A stretch of DNA of 64,000 nucleotides. Origin: an uncultured delta proteobacterium. Lineage in GTDB: Bacteria > Myxococcota_A > Polyangia > Polyangiales > B10-G4. The stretch spans positions 1 through 64,000 of the forward strand of contig CAVSGI010000010.1 in the NCBI GenBank assembly GCA_963727445.1, written 5' to 3'. Positions within the stretch are counted from its first letter, which is position 1; every line of letters begins with the position of its first letter. Below the pieces are notes generated by a model. The model did no database searches and was not told the DNA's origin. It saw only the letters and a program-made list of their open reading frames with translations. The translations under genes were made by a program, and so were the position numbers. Shown piece after piece: positions 9,922 through 19,078 of this stretch.

Positions 9922-10857
9922 ATGCGACCGCGCGCGATCTTCTTCGGCACGCCGGCGTTCGCCGTGCCCACTCTCGAGGCGCTCCTCGACGTGGCCGACG
10001 TGCGCCTGGTGGTGACGCAGCCGGACCGCCGTAGCGGCCGCGGGATGAAGCTCACGCCGCCGCCGGTCAAGGAGCTCGCCCTGTCGCGCGGCGTGGAGGT
10101 GATCCAGCCCAAGAAGGTGCGCGACGGTACCCTCGCATCGCGCCTGAGCGCCGAGGAGGCCGACGTGGGCGTGGTGGTGGCCTACGGTCGCATCCTCCCA
10201 CCTGCGGTTCTCGACGCGCCCCGCCTCGGGTGCGTCAACGTCCACGCCTCGCTCCTGCCGCGCTGGCGCGGGGCGGCGCCGATCCAGTGGGCCATCGTCC
10301 ATGGCGACGCGGAGACCGGCGTCTGCTTGATGCAGATGGACGAGGGGATGGACACCGGTCCGGTGCTCGCCTGCGAAAGCACGCCCATCGAGGAGAACGA
10401 GACGGCGGCCGAGCTCTCGGAGCGTCTATCGGCCATGGGGGGCGCGCTCATTCGGCGCGAGCTCCCACGTTTCGTGACGGGCGAGCTCTCGCCATCCGCG
10501 CAGGACCACGAAGCGGCGACCATGGCGCCGCTCCTCGAGAAGCGCGACGGTCGCCTCGACTTCGAAGCGAGCGCGCGCGCCGTGCACGACCGCGCACGGG
10601 GAATGACGCCCTGGCCCGGTGCCCAGGCCACCCTCGACGACAAGCGTGTGAAGATCCACGTGACCCGGGTCGAAGCGGAGAGCGGCAAACACGGGGAGCC
10701 CGGAACGGTGGTGGCCGCCGACAAGAACGGCATCTGTGTCGCTTGTGGGGAAGGGCTCCTCACCATCCTCGAGCTCCAGCTCGAAGGGCGGAAGCGGGTC
10801 AGCGCCGAAGCGTTCGCGGCGGGCCACGCCGGCCTGAGGGGTGCGAGGTTCCTCTGA
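9922..10857 (+). CDS. fmt: Methionyl-tRNA formyltransferase
   Basis: FFGTPAFA, VVTQPDR, NVHASLLPRWRGAAPIQ, MDEGMDTG; follows def. Confidence 0.97.
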   Translation: MRPRAIFFGTPAFAVPTLEALLDVADVRLVVTQPDRRSGRGMKLTPPPVKELALSRGVEVIQPKKVRDGTLASRLSAEEADVGVVVAYGRILPPAVLDAPRLGCVNVHASLLPRWRGAAPIQWAIVHGDAETGVCLMQMDEGMDTGPVLACESTPIEENETAAELSERLSAMGGALIRRELPRFVTGELSPSAQDHEAATMAPLLEKRDGRLDFEASARAVHDRARGMTPWPGAQATLDDKRVKIHVTRVEAESGKHGEPGTVVAADKNGICVACGEGLLTILELQLEGRKRVSAEAFAAGHAGLRGARFL

Positions 10858-11414
10858 TGAAGATCTACACGAAGACCGGAGACGCGGGGCAGACGGGGCT
10901 CTTCGGTGGAACGCGGGTTTCGAAGGACGACACGCGGGTGGAGGCCTACGGCGCGGTCGACGAGCTCAACGCCGTGCTCGGTCTCTGTCGCGCGGAGGGG
11001 CTGGGCGACGACGTCGACGGTCTCGCGGCCACCATCCAGAGCCAGCTCTTCGACATCGGCGGCGAGCTCGCCACCCTCTCCAAAAAGCAAGACCGAGTGA
11101 CGATCCCCCGCATCACCGAGGCGGACGTCGAGGCCCTCGAAGCGGCCATCGATCGCGCCGAGGGCGAGCTCGAGCCCCTCAAGACCTTCGTCCTGCCCGG
11201 CGGCACCAAGGCCGCGAGCCACCTGCACCACGCCCGCACCGTCTGCCGCCGCGCCGAGCGCCGCGTCGTCTCCATGCACAAAGGCGCCGACGTTCGCCCC
11301 GAAGTCCTCCGCTACCTCAACCGCCTCAGCGATCTCCTCTTCACCTGGTCGCGCTTGGAAAATCGCCGCGCGGGCGTCGAAGACGTGCCGTGGGTGGGGC
11401 GCGAGAGGGTGTGA
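10857..11414 (+). CDS. PduO-type cob(I)alamin adenosyltransferase
   Basis: MKIYTKTGDAGQT, YGAVDELN, ARTVCRRAERR, YLNRLSDLLF; TGATG overlap with fmt. Confidence 0.95.
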   Translation: MKIYTKTGDAGQTGLFGGTRVSKDDTRVEAYGAVDELNAVLGLCRAEGLGDDVDGLAATIQSQLFDIGGELATLSKKQDRVTIPRITEADVEALEAAIDRAEGELEPLKTFVLPGGTKAASHLHHARTVCRRAERRVVSMHKGADVRPEVLRYLNRLSDLLFTWSRLENRRAGVEDVPWVGRERV

Positions 11415-11720
11415 GCGGTAAGCGCGCTTCGCTTCGCTCGCTCGGCTCGAGATGGGTGGTTGCGTGCGCGCGGCTCGCTTCGCGAGCGCGCTTGCGGGGT
11501 CGCTGGGGCTGAGCGTTGCGAAGCAACGCGACCCGGGCGCCGTTAGGCGCCCGAGAAGGGGGGACGAACGCTGCCCGCAGAGGTGCCGGCGAATCCAAGA
11601 GCGACCCTCTGGGTCAGTCTCAACTACATCAGACGGGCAGACGTGAGAGCGAGCGCGAATGCGCGAGCGACCCGGGGGAATCCCTTCCCCGGGGGTGGTC
11701 AGGGGCGAAGCCCCCGACCA
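11415..11720. other. Highly structured intergenic region (serial hairpins, REP-like elements)
   Basis: Hairpins gcgttgc-gaa-gcaacgc, cgggcgcc-gtta-ggcgcccg, a multibranch ctgcccg...cgggcag, and tggtcaggggc-gaa-gcccccgacca. Confidence 0.6.
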
Positions 11721-11728
11721 CAATTGAA

Positions 11729-11756
11729 GAGAGCCGTCACCTGGGCGACGGCTCTC
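11729..11756 (-). terminator. Hairpin immediately 3' of the 6S RNA, probable terminator
   Basis: 10-bp perfect stem gagagccgtc/gacggctctc; the U-tract is weak. Confidence 0.55.
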
Positions 11757-11758
11757 AA

Positions 11759-11954
11759 AAAGTCCTGACCATCATGGCCGTGGTAAGGAGCAACTGAACC
11801 CCTACCTCGTGGTAGGTGGGCGACGGTATCGACCGCTTCAGGCTTCCCGGTGATGCTTGCCGGGCCAGCACACCACGGCCGAGGGCTGCCTCCCAGGTTC
11901 AACAGAGTAAGGGATTCTTCTTGCTCTACCTTTCAATCCCGACAGAGGGACTTT
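11759..11954 (-). ncRNA. ssrS: 6S RNA
   Basis: About 196 nt with closing stem AAAGUCC/GGACUUU. Internal segments UUGAACC, CCGUGGUGUGC, GGGAAGCCUGAAG, CGCCCACCU and GGUUCA resemble deltaproteobacterial 6S RNA. It has its own promoter and a downstream hairpin. Confidence 0.8.
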
Positions 11955-11960
11955 CAACTG

Positions 11961-11989
11961 ACGGTAAGGACCTCTACCGAGAGGGTCAA
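11961..11989 (-). promoter_or_regulatory. Sigma70-type promoter of 6S RNA
   Basis: Minus strand TTGACC-N17-TACCGT, placing +1 at about 11954, exactly at the 5' end of the closing stem. Confidence 0.7.
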
Positions 11990-12055
11990 CGGGCTACTTT
12001 CGTGCCAACGACGAAAAAGGACAGTACGCGCTAGGCCGCGCGCGTGCCCTTCGCC

Positions 12056-13981
12056 CTACTTCACCGGGGTGGCTTTGAGGGCGGCCTTACCGGCCTTGAC
12101 ATAGACCGTGAAACGCACCCGCGCTGCGCCGTGACGGGAGATGATCTGGTCCCGGTTCTTCCGCAGCGTTCCACTGAACTTCTCGTAGGTGAGACCGGTC
12201 GTCGACTCGTTACACGCCTTCTTGGTCTCGACGAACTTGTCGTAGACCTCGCGGAAGTGGCGCTCCTCTTCATCCTCTTCGGTGTTGCCGGCGGCATCGA
12301 GGAGCTCTTGGGGAACCTGCGCGATGGTGGTCGAGACATCCTCGTCGTCGTCGGGTGCGGCGAGACCTGGAGGCGCTTGCAGGGGACCGTCACCGACGCC
12401 ACCTTCGTCCGAGCCGACACCCATCAACGTGCCCTTCGCCCAGTCGGGCTTGTTCACGTCTTCGGCCGCTCCGGGGGGCGGTCCCATCACCGGCGCAGGT
12501 GCCGGTGCGGGCCCTGGCGCCGGCATCGCCGGCTTGGCGGGCATGGGGGGCCCCGGAGGCGGACCGGGCGGCGCGGCCCCGAGCTTCGGCGGACCAGGGG
12601 GCGGTCCGGGAGGCATGGGCGCTCCCTTGGGCGGTCCCGGCGGGGGGCCCGGAGGCGGGCCGGGGACGCCGGGCGGCTTCGGGGCGCCCACCGCGGGGCC
12701 CCCGAGAGCATCCGGGGCGGGTGGGATCGAGCCGTCGTCGGCTGTCGCGAATCCGAAGAACTCGTTGCCCGACGGCGCCTCCTCCGGGCTCGGCCCGAGG
12801 ATCTCGTCGAGGTTGGCCGCGCGGCGCGCGGGACCGGCGGCACCCGCAGCCTCCACGGCCTTGTCGATCGCCTTGTTCACGTTCTGCGCGATCTTCCGAT
12901 AGGCGCCGCCGTGGGTGCCCAGATCGAAACGCTCGAGCTTGCCCTCGGCCATCGCTTCGGAGGCGCGCCGCAGCTTGCCCACCGGCCGGTCGCGCTCGAG
13001 CCACACGAAGAGCATCGCGAGCAGGAAGCCGCCTAGACCGAAGGCGATGATGAGCGCCCACGGGAGCGCCGAGACGTCCTGATCCGCGACGCGATCGAAG
13101 ATCTCCATCGGGCTGTTCAACACGTCACGGGGACGGGCGATGGCGTAGCCAACGTCGTCGTAGGCCGCGGCGCCCGTGACCAGCGAGTAGACACCGCGAG
13201 AGGTGCCGTTGCCGAGGTCGACGGGATCGGTTCGGTGCCCTTCGTGGATGCCTTCGTCCTGCAGGGCCTGAGCGAGGCCGCTCGACACCTCCTCACCCTG
13301 CGGCGCGCCCTCGATGGACGGCATGTGGCTGCCGACCAGGGTCTCGCCCCGGAAGAAGGCCACGGTGGCGTCGGTCAGGCGTTCCGAGAGGCGTCGCGCC
13401 AGCTCGTCGTCGAGCTGCATGCCGTGGACGATGGCGCCCACGTACTGACCGTTGTCGATCACCGGGCGCGCCGCCATGCGATAGACGACGTCGTTGTAGA
13501 CCCAGGTGTCATCGCGGACGTAGCCAGCGAGCGCGCGCTCCACCAGCGGGAAGGCTCCGAGCCCCGCCCCGGGTGGCAGCTCCGCGGCGTTGCCGCCCTC
13601 CTGCGCGATGATGTAGCCGCGGTTGTCGACCGCGAAGAGGAGGTCGGCGCTCATTCCTTCGAGCTGCCCGTTCAGGGTGCGGAGCTTTTCGGCGAGGGGA
13701 CCCCGCAGATCGTCATCCACCTGATTGGGGTGGCGGCGGCCGCTCGCCGAGCGCAGCGCGCTCCGCACGTCGGGGTTCGCCGCCAGCGGCGCGATGGCGT
13801 CGATGCGCGCGCGCGCGTCCATCCGCATGAGCAGCTCGATCTCGAAACGATCGCGCCTGAGGCGGTCGGTGAGCTGGTTGTCGTACTGGCGGTTGAAGGC
13901 CGCCTGTCCGAGGAGCGCAGCGGCCAGCGCCGAGGCGCCAGCGGCAGCGAGGAGGAGGTACCAGAATCTCGATCCCAGCAT
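12056..13981 (-). CDS. MXAN_5187-family membrane protein (periplasmic Cache-like domain, HAMP-like segment, Pro-rich linker, conserved C-terminal domain)
   Basis: Two TM segments; C-terminus HFREVYDKFVETKKACNE...VRFTVYVKAGKAALKATP. Confidence 0.75.
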   Translation of the reverse strand: MLGSRFWYLLLAAAGASALAAALLGQAAFNRQYDNQLTDRLRRDRFEIELLMRMDARARIDAIAPLAANPDVRSALRSASGRRHPNQVDDDLRGPLAEKLRTLNGQLEGMSADLLFAVDNRGYIIAQEGGNAAELPPGAGLGAFPLVERALAGYVRDDTWVYNDVVYRMAARPVIDNGQYVGAIVHGMQLDDELARRLSERLTDATVAFFRGETLVGSHMPSIEGAPQGEEVSSGLAQALQDEGIHEGHRTDPVDLGNGTSRGVYSLVTGAAAYDDVGYAIARPRDVLNSPMEIFDRVADQDVSALPWALIIAFGLGGFLLAMLFVWLERDRPVGKLRRASEAMAEGKLERFDLGTHGGAYRKIAQNVNKAIDKAVEAAGAAGPARRAANLDEILGPSPEEAPSGNEFFGFATADDGSIPPAPDALGGPAVGAPKPPGVPGPPPGPPPGPPKGAPMPPGPPPGPPKLGAAPPGPPPGPPMPAKPAMPAPGPAPAPAPVMGPPPGAAEDVNKPDWAKGTLMGVGSDEGGVGDGPLQAPPGLAAPDDDEDVSTTIAQVPQELLDAAGNTEEDEEERHFREVYDKFVETKKACNESTTGLTYEKFSGTLRKNRDQIISRHGAARVRFTVYVKAGKAALKATPVK

Positions 13982-13984
13982 GGT

Positions 13985-14680
13985 CTACCCACCCTCGGCG
14001 GCGAGGTTCAACCGCATGGGGTCGATGGTGACTGGCGTGGCGCCGACCTCCACCTCGCTCGAGGCGACCTCTCGGTCACCGAAGAAGACCTTCACCGTGT
14101 ACGTACCGGGCTCGACATCGTCGAAGGAGAACCGGCCCGAGCCGTCCGGCTCCGCGCGCGCCACCAGGTTCGTGATGACGTGCAGGTGTCCGTCGACCTG
14201 ACCGTAGATGCGATCGCGGATGTGATAGTGACCGAGGGCCGGGGCGGCGAAGCTGCGCGCGTTGCCCGGTGCGGTCGACAGCGCGGTCAACCCCTCGATG
14301 TCGTCCGAGTAGAGCTCGTGAGCGCAGCCGTCCGTGTTGCGGATCTGGATGTCGCTCCCGGGGGAGGCGACGAGGACCGCCGGCAGGAGCGAGCCGCCCG
14401 AGAGCTCGAAGTTGTTGGGTGGCGCTTCACCACCGTCGCCCACCAGCACCACCGCGATGTCGCGTCGGGGGTCGAGGCGCTTTGGTTTGGGCTCGAGGAA
14501 GCCGTTCCACTCCTCCCAGTAGAACGGCGCGGGGCCGCCCTCCGGGCTCGGTGGCGTGTAGTCGTCGGGAATGGAGACCGACCCGCTGAGGGAGGCCGCT
14601 AATGCAGTGGAGGCGAGGGCGAGAGCCAATAGCCCGCCCGAGAGGAGCACCACCGCCGTTCGAGAACGCTTGCCGCGCAT
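13985..14680 (-). CDS. Secreted protein with cupredoxin-like/carboxypeptidase-regulatory-like beta domains
   Basis: Signal peptide, IRNTDGCAHELYS and DGSGRFSFDDVEPGTYTVKVF; directly upstream of the MXAN_5187-like gene. Confidence 0.6.
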   Translation of the reverse strand: MRGKRSRTAVVLLSGGLLALALASTALAASLSGSVSIPDDYTPPSPEGGPAPFYWEEWNGFLEPKPKRLDPRRDIAVVLVGDGGEAPPNNFELSGGSLLPAVLVASPGSDIQIRNTDGCAHELYSDDIEGLTALSTAPGNARSFAAPALGHYHIRDRIYGQVDGHLHVITNLVARAEPDGSGRFSFDDVEPGTYTVKVFFGDREVASSEVEVGATPVTIDPMRLNLAAEGG

Positions 14681-14775
14681 CAATTCCCCTGTTGTCTGCC
14701 GCACTTACGGAGGGCCGCATCGTAGCCGTCGGCTCGCTTCCGGGTCAACGAATTAGGGGGCCTCGGCCAGGCTTC

Positions 14776-15840
14776 TCAGGGACCGCCCGGGGGTGCGTAG
14801 TAGTCGACCACGTCGATCGGGTCAGGGGCCAGGCGTGCGCGCACCACCTTGCGTTTGCCCGCGGGATCACCGCCGATCTGGAGGTCCAGGGGCTCGTCGT
14901 AGTGGATGGAGACGTCCTCCACGAGGAAGTCGTGGACCTTGTCGCTGCGAAAGGTGCCCTTCCAGATCGAACGGATGTAGACAGCCACATCCAAGCTGGT
15001 GAGGTCGACGATCCGCAGGCTGAAGCGATCCTCTCGCTCGCCCGCGAAGGGGAAGATCCGGGCTCCGAAGCCCCAATAGGGGATGGTGGACATGGCGACC
15101 ATCCGGGAGGGCCCTTCGTAGAGCACGTCCCCCGCCTTCACCTCCGAGCCGACCGGCTGTCCGTCGACCCCCAGGCGTACGGCCGGGGCGCCTTCGTTGA
15201 CGATGCGTACGTGGGGGTGGCCCCGCACCAGGTACTCGGGCATGGCGCGGCCGACGATCGCGACGAAGTAGGCGAGGCCCCCGCTCGAGAAGCGCTTGAG
15301 CAAGGGGATGCGCCGCAGCTTGTCCTTGGTGTCGTTGTAGTGAGCGAGGGTGACGGCGTCGACGCCCAGCCCGGCGAAGGGGGTCAGGATCCCCTCCACC
15401 TCGAGGAGGCGCAGCTTGCCCGTCCCCGCGGTGGTGCGCAGGCGCGCGAGGTCGGCGACGACGCCGCGACCGCGCGGGCTCTCGGCGCCGAGGACCCAGG
15501 CCAGGGCATTGCCCGTGCCCAGGCGAAGCAATCCGAAGCGGGGACGCGGCTTGCCCTTCGCCTCCGCGGCCCGGCTCACCCAGGTGACCATCTGGACGAA
15601 GGTGCCGTCACCGCCGGCGGTGAGCACGGTCGGGTATCCGCGCTCCACGATCGTCTCGGCGATCTCCTTGCCTTCTTCGAGGCTGCGCGAGACGAAGAGA
15701 TCGCCGGAGAGGAGGATTTGATCGAGCACCTCGACCAGATCCTCCGTGACGCGCTTGGCGTTGCCGTTCGCGACGACGGCGACCCGATCCCGCGCGGAGG
15801 TGGCGGGCGGGTACTGCGAAGGCGACGGCCCCTGTGCCAT
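14776..15840 (-). CDS. Diacylglycerol/lipid kinase family protein
   Basis: NGNA, AGGDGT, LGTGNAL, GLGVDA and QIGGD motifs. Confidence 0.88.
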   Translation of the reverse strand: MAQGPSPSQYPPATSARDRVAVVANGNAKRVTEDLVEVLDQILLSGDLFVSRSLEEGKEIAETIVERGYPTVLTAGGDGTFVQMVTWVSRAAEAKGKPRPRFGLLRLGTGNALAWVLGAESPRGRGVVADLARLRTTAGTGKLRLLEVEGILTPFAGLGVDAVTLAHYNDTKDKLRRIPLLKRFSSGGLAYFVAIVGRAMPEYLVRGHPHVRIVNEGAPAVRLGVDGQPVGSEVKAGDVLYEGPSRMVAMSTIPYWGFGARIFPFAGEREDRFSLRIVDLTSLDVAVYIRSIWKGTFRSDKVHDFLVEDVSIHYDEPLDLQIGGDPAGKRKVVRARLAPDPIDVVDYYAPPGGP

Positions 15841-15847
15841 CGTCGAC

Positions 15848-16177
15848 CTAGAAGAGGTCGTCGTGCTTCGCCTCGCCCTTCTTCTTCTGGGCGAGGACGG
15901 CGTTGACCGCGCGGACGACGCGCTTCTTGGCGCCCTTCGAGAGCTTCTCTCCCGCCAGCGCGCGCTGCAGCGCCGGGGCGCTCAGCTTCCTGCCGGAGCG
16001 GCGCTTCATCTGGGCGGTCTCCTTCTCGGCGTCGGTGGGCTTGCCCCCGGCGACCTTCTTCCGGGCGAGGCGGACCTTGCGGTCCGCGGCGGTCATCTTC
16101 TCGATCCGCTTCGAGGTCGCCATCAACTGGCGCGTGTCGATCTTCTCTTTTGCGAGGTATTCCTTGAGCTTGCTCAT
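15848..16177 (-). CDS. Small Lys/Arg-rich hypothetical protein, possibly DNA-binding
   Basis: 109 aa, strongly basic, good RBS (aaggaccaaggac), typical codon usage. Confidence 0.75.
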   Translation of the reverse strand: MSKLKEYLAKEKIDTRQLMATSKRIEKMTAADRKVRLARKKVAGGKPTDAEKETAQMKRRSGRKLSAPALQRALAGEKLSKGAKKRVVRAVNAVLAQKKKGEAKHDDLF

Positions 16178-16252
16178 GTCCTTGGTCCTTTGAGAGGGGC
16201 GGCAGCCTAGTGGTGGTTGCGCGGCGGAGCAAGCCCGCTAAGTTCCGCCGCC

Positions 16253-17704
16253 ATGAAGCGGCTTATTTGGGGGAGCGCGGTGGCTTTGGCCGCCGTGATG
16301 GCTTTTGGATGCAGCGATGGACGCGATCGGGGGATCACGCCGGATGGCGGCGGTGAGACCTGCATGACGCTCGCGTCTCAGCTCGAGGGCTGTGGCCGCG
16401 CAGCCGCGGTCGACGCGTTCCTCGACGAGTGCGGCCGCGATCCGGCGGCGGCGGAGGCGCTGATGCCGATGCTCTGCGGCGGCATCACGCTGGATCCCGG
16501 CGCGAGCTGCACCCTCAACGCGGAGTGCGGAGACGGCCCCACCGTGTGTCGGCCGACGGCCATCGGCGGCGCCAACGCCCGCTGCCTGCCGACGGGCGCC
16601 GTGCGCCACACCCTGCCCGAGGGGACCTGTGGCGATCTCTGCGACAGCCCCTTCGACTGCGGCGCAGGCCTGGGCTGCGGCGCCGACGGGATGTGTCTCC
16701 CCGACGGCACCACCGCCGCGCCCGTCACCGCCTGCCGCGACTTCGATCCGGCGGCGTCAGCCGATTTTCTCGCCGCGCGTTCGAGCGCGTGGCAGCGCGA
16801 GCGCGAGTGCGGCATGAACTGCCACACCACGCTTCCCTTCCTCCTGGTCGGTCGGTTTCACACCCCGGGCGCGAGCGAGGTCGCCCAGTCGCTCATGGCG
16901 CAGTCCAGCGATCGCGTGCTCGACTGGGAGTCGATCGCGGTCTGGTACGACGATGCCTATGGCCCGGGGAAGGAAGCGCAGTCCCGCGCGACCGAGTCGG
17001 TGCTCAACGCGGCGGCGATTCTGCGCACCGAGGCGCTCACGGCCGACGCGCCCAGCGAGACCGCGCGCGAGGCGCTTCGCGTGCTCTGGTCCGAGCAGGA
17101 CGAGACCGGCGGCTGGTATTGGCTCGACTTCGGTCTGATCCCCTGGGAGACGCGTGAGGCGAATGCCAGCGGCATGGCCTGGGCGGCGCTGGCCGCCGCG
17201 TCCTTCGGCGAGGAGTACCTGGCGACCACCGAAGAGCCCGACGCCACGGGGATCGCGCGCCTGCGCGACGGCCTCCGTGGGCTGATCGGCGAGCCGATTC
17301 ACGACCAGCTCATGCTTCTGTGGGCGGCGAGCGAATGGCCCGGCCTCCTCACCGACGAGGAGACGGCGAGCATCGTGGCGGCCGCCAGGGCCATGCAGCA
17401 CGAAGACGGCGGCTGGAACCTCGCCGAGCTCGGCGAGTGGCGCACCCAGGCCGGCTATCCGAGCGATGCCAGCACCGCCTACGCCACGGCCCTCGCGACC
17501 TACACCCTCATCGCTTCGGGCGTGTCGCCCAGCGATCCCGCCGTCGTGAGCGCTTGCGAGTGGCTCATGTCGCACCGCGACGCGACGAACGGCTCCTTCC
17601 CCGACACCTCGATGAACCGCGACGCCGACTTCAACCACGGCCTCATCACCGACGCCGCCACCGCCATGAGCATCCTGGCCCTGACGGCGGCAACCGGCTC
17701 CTGA
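16253..17704 (+). CDS. Lipoprotein with Cys-rich N-terminal region and prenyltransferase/squalene-cyclase-like alpha-alpha toroid domain
   Basis: Lipobox AFGC; QW-like repeats QDETGGW, QHEDGGW and NGSF; CGMNCHTTLP motif. Confidence 0.65.
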   Translation: MKRLIWGSAVALAAVMAFGCSDGRDRGITPDGGGETCMTLASQLEGCGRAAAVDAFLDECGRDPAAAEALMPMLCGGITLDPGASCTLNAECGDGPTVCRPTAIGGANARCLPTGAVRHTLPEGTCGDLCDSPFDCGAGLGCGADGMCLPDGTTAAPVTACRDFDPAASADFLAARSSAWQRERECGMNCHTTLPFLLVGRFHTPGASEVAQSLMAQSSDRVLDWESIAVWYDDAYGPGKEAQSRATESVLNAAAILRTEALTADAPSETAREALRVLWSEQDETGGWYWLDFGLIPWETREANASGMAWAALAAASFGEEYLATTEEPDATGIARLRDGLRGLIGEPIHDQLMLLWAASEWPGLLTDEETASIVAAARAMQHEDGGWNLAELGEWRTQAGYPSDASTAYATALATYTLIASGVSPSDPAVVSACEWLMSHRDATNGSFPDTSMNRDADFNHGLITDAATAMSILALTAATGS

Positions 17705-17710
17705 ACACCT

Positions 17711-19078
17711 TCAATGACACCGCTCGCGCGGGTTGTCCGGCATGCACCGGTCGAGCGGACTCACACACGTGTACCCGTTCGGGCACGCGCGGTTGGCGCA
17801 CGGCGTGCCCATCGGCGTGCCGTTCTGATCTGACCAGGTCGTGCCGTTGAGGGTGAAGCGCTGACACCCGGCGGGCGGGGGCCGGTTGCCTCCGCCGTGC
17901 TGGGCATGGCCGCCACCGCCGCCCTGACCCTGGCCGCCACCGCCGGGCTGGGTCGGCGCGCTGTTCATCGTGTCACGCGTGCGCGCCCCCTCCGCCTGTA
18001 CCGACGCGCGCGTCGCGGCGCCCTGCGCCACCACGGCCCCCGTGATCGCCGTCCGAGCGCTCGCGATGTCGCTCTGAATCTGCGCCTGGTTCGCCTGGAT
18101 CTCGTTCATGTGCGCCAGCTCTTCCTGGTGCCGCGCCATCGACTGCGCTTCCATGTCGCGCATCTGATCCATCATCCGCCGCTCCATCGCGTCGAGACGG
18201 CGCTGCTCCGCTTCCGGCGTCAGCTGGCGATCCGGCGGGAAGCGCCAGCCGCGGAGCTGGTCGTCGACGAAGGTCAGATAGAGCGCGTAAGCGTCGCCTG
18301 CCTGGTCCAGATAGACGTGCTGTGTGGCGTTGGTGCCGTCCTCCCGCGCCTCGATCCCCGTGCGGTACGGATCGCCGAACGCGACGAGCACGTCGTCCTT
18401 GCTCTGCCCGCGCACCAGGAGACCGTGGAGGATCTCCCACTGCCGCTCGACACCCACCGAGTCGAAGTGCCGCGCATGCGAGACGGCCCGCGGCGCGACC
18501 TCCTCCAGCCTCCAGCAGGGGAGCTGCGGTTGCACCGGCCCGATGTGCGTCACTACGCCGTCGCAGCTGTAGACCGCGGTGTCGACCTTCGGCTGGCCCA
18601 GAATGCCGTAGAGCATGACGCGGCACCGTCGATCGTCGATCTGCGTGTTCCAGTAGAACGCGGGAAGCCCGTTGGCGAGATACACCGCGCGTTCGTCGAG
18701 ACCGACCCGCGCACGCCCCGAACGGATCAGCTGCTGATCCTGATCCGAATAGCTCTTGAAGGCCTCGCCCTCGCGGAAGATGCGCGAGTCGAGCGGACCG
18801 ACGGTGCCGAGACCGGGCGGGGGCGCGGCGGGGTTGCTCTGTCCGCGGGCACCCGGGGCGAGGTAGGCGCGCCCGAAATCACCACAGAGAGGCGGAGGGT
18901 CCGCGCTCAGCGTCGTGCCCTGGGCGACCGGCGCCGCGCCTTGGCCGGGCTGCTGGAGGGTGCCCGTGTTCGCCGCGGGCCGGCGCCGGCAGGCCCCGAG
19001 GCCCGCGACGCCGATCAGCATCAGCGCCATCGCCGAGAGCGTCGTGAGTGCGCGCCGGCGACGCGTGTGCCCGCTCAT
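17711..19078 (-). CDS. Lipoprotein with BamE/SmpA-like repeats, coiled coil and Cys-rich tail
   Basis: Lipobox LGAC; GLDERAVYLANGLP and GQSKDDVLVAFGDP; ATGA overlap with the upstream gene. Confidence 0.6.
   Translation of the reverse strand: MSGHTRRRRALTTLSAMALMLIGVAGLGACRRRPAANTGTLQQPGQGAAPVAQGTTLSADPPPLCGDFGRAYLAPGARGQSNPAAPPPGLGTVGPLDSRIFREGEAFKSYSDQDQQLIRSGRARVGLDERAVYLANGLPAFYWNTQIDDRRCRVMLYGILGQPKVDTAVYSCDGVVTHIGPVQPQLPCWRLEEVAPRAVSHARHFDSVGVERQWEILHGLLVRGQSKDDVLVAFGDPYRTGIEAREDGTNATQHVYLDQAGDAYALYLTFVDDQLRGWRFPPDRQLTPEAEQRRLDAMERRMMDQMRDMEAQSMARHQEELAHMNEIQANQAQIQSDIASARTAITGAVVAQGAATRASVQAEGARTRDTMNSAPTQPGGGGQGQGGGGGHAQHGGGNRPPPAGCQRFTLNGTTWSDQNGTPMGTPCANRACPNGYTCVSPLDRCMPDNPRERCH

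Noticed and set aside
7056..10112. Very long antisense or alternate-frame ORFs (e.g. 7056..10112, 26499..29507, 4570..6819, 43043..45079)
   Set aside because: These are shadow ORFs expected in high-GC DNA, lying opposite well-supported genes and lacking recognisable motifs.
11560..11650. Hammerhead ribozyme or retron msr/msd in the three-way junction
   Set aside because: The minus strand has CUGAUGU rather than CUGAUGA and no matching GAAA core; no reverse transcriptase is in the window.
16253..17704. A true squalene-hopene cyclase
   Set aside because: Too short, secreted, and lacking the DxDD catalytic motif.
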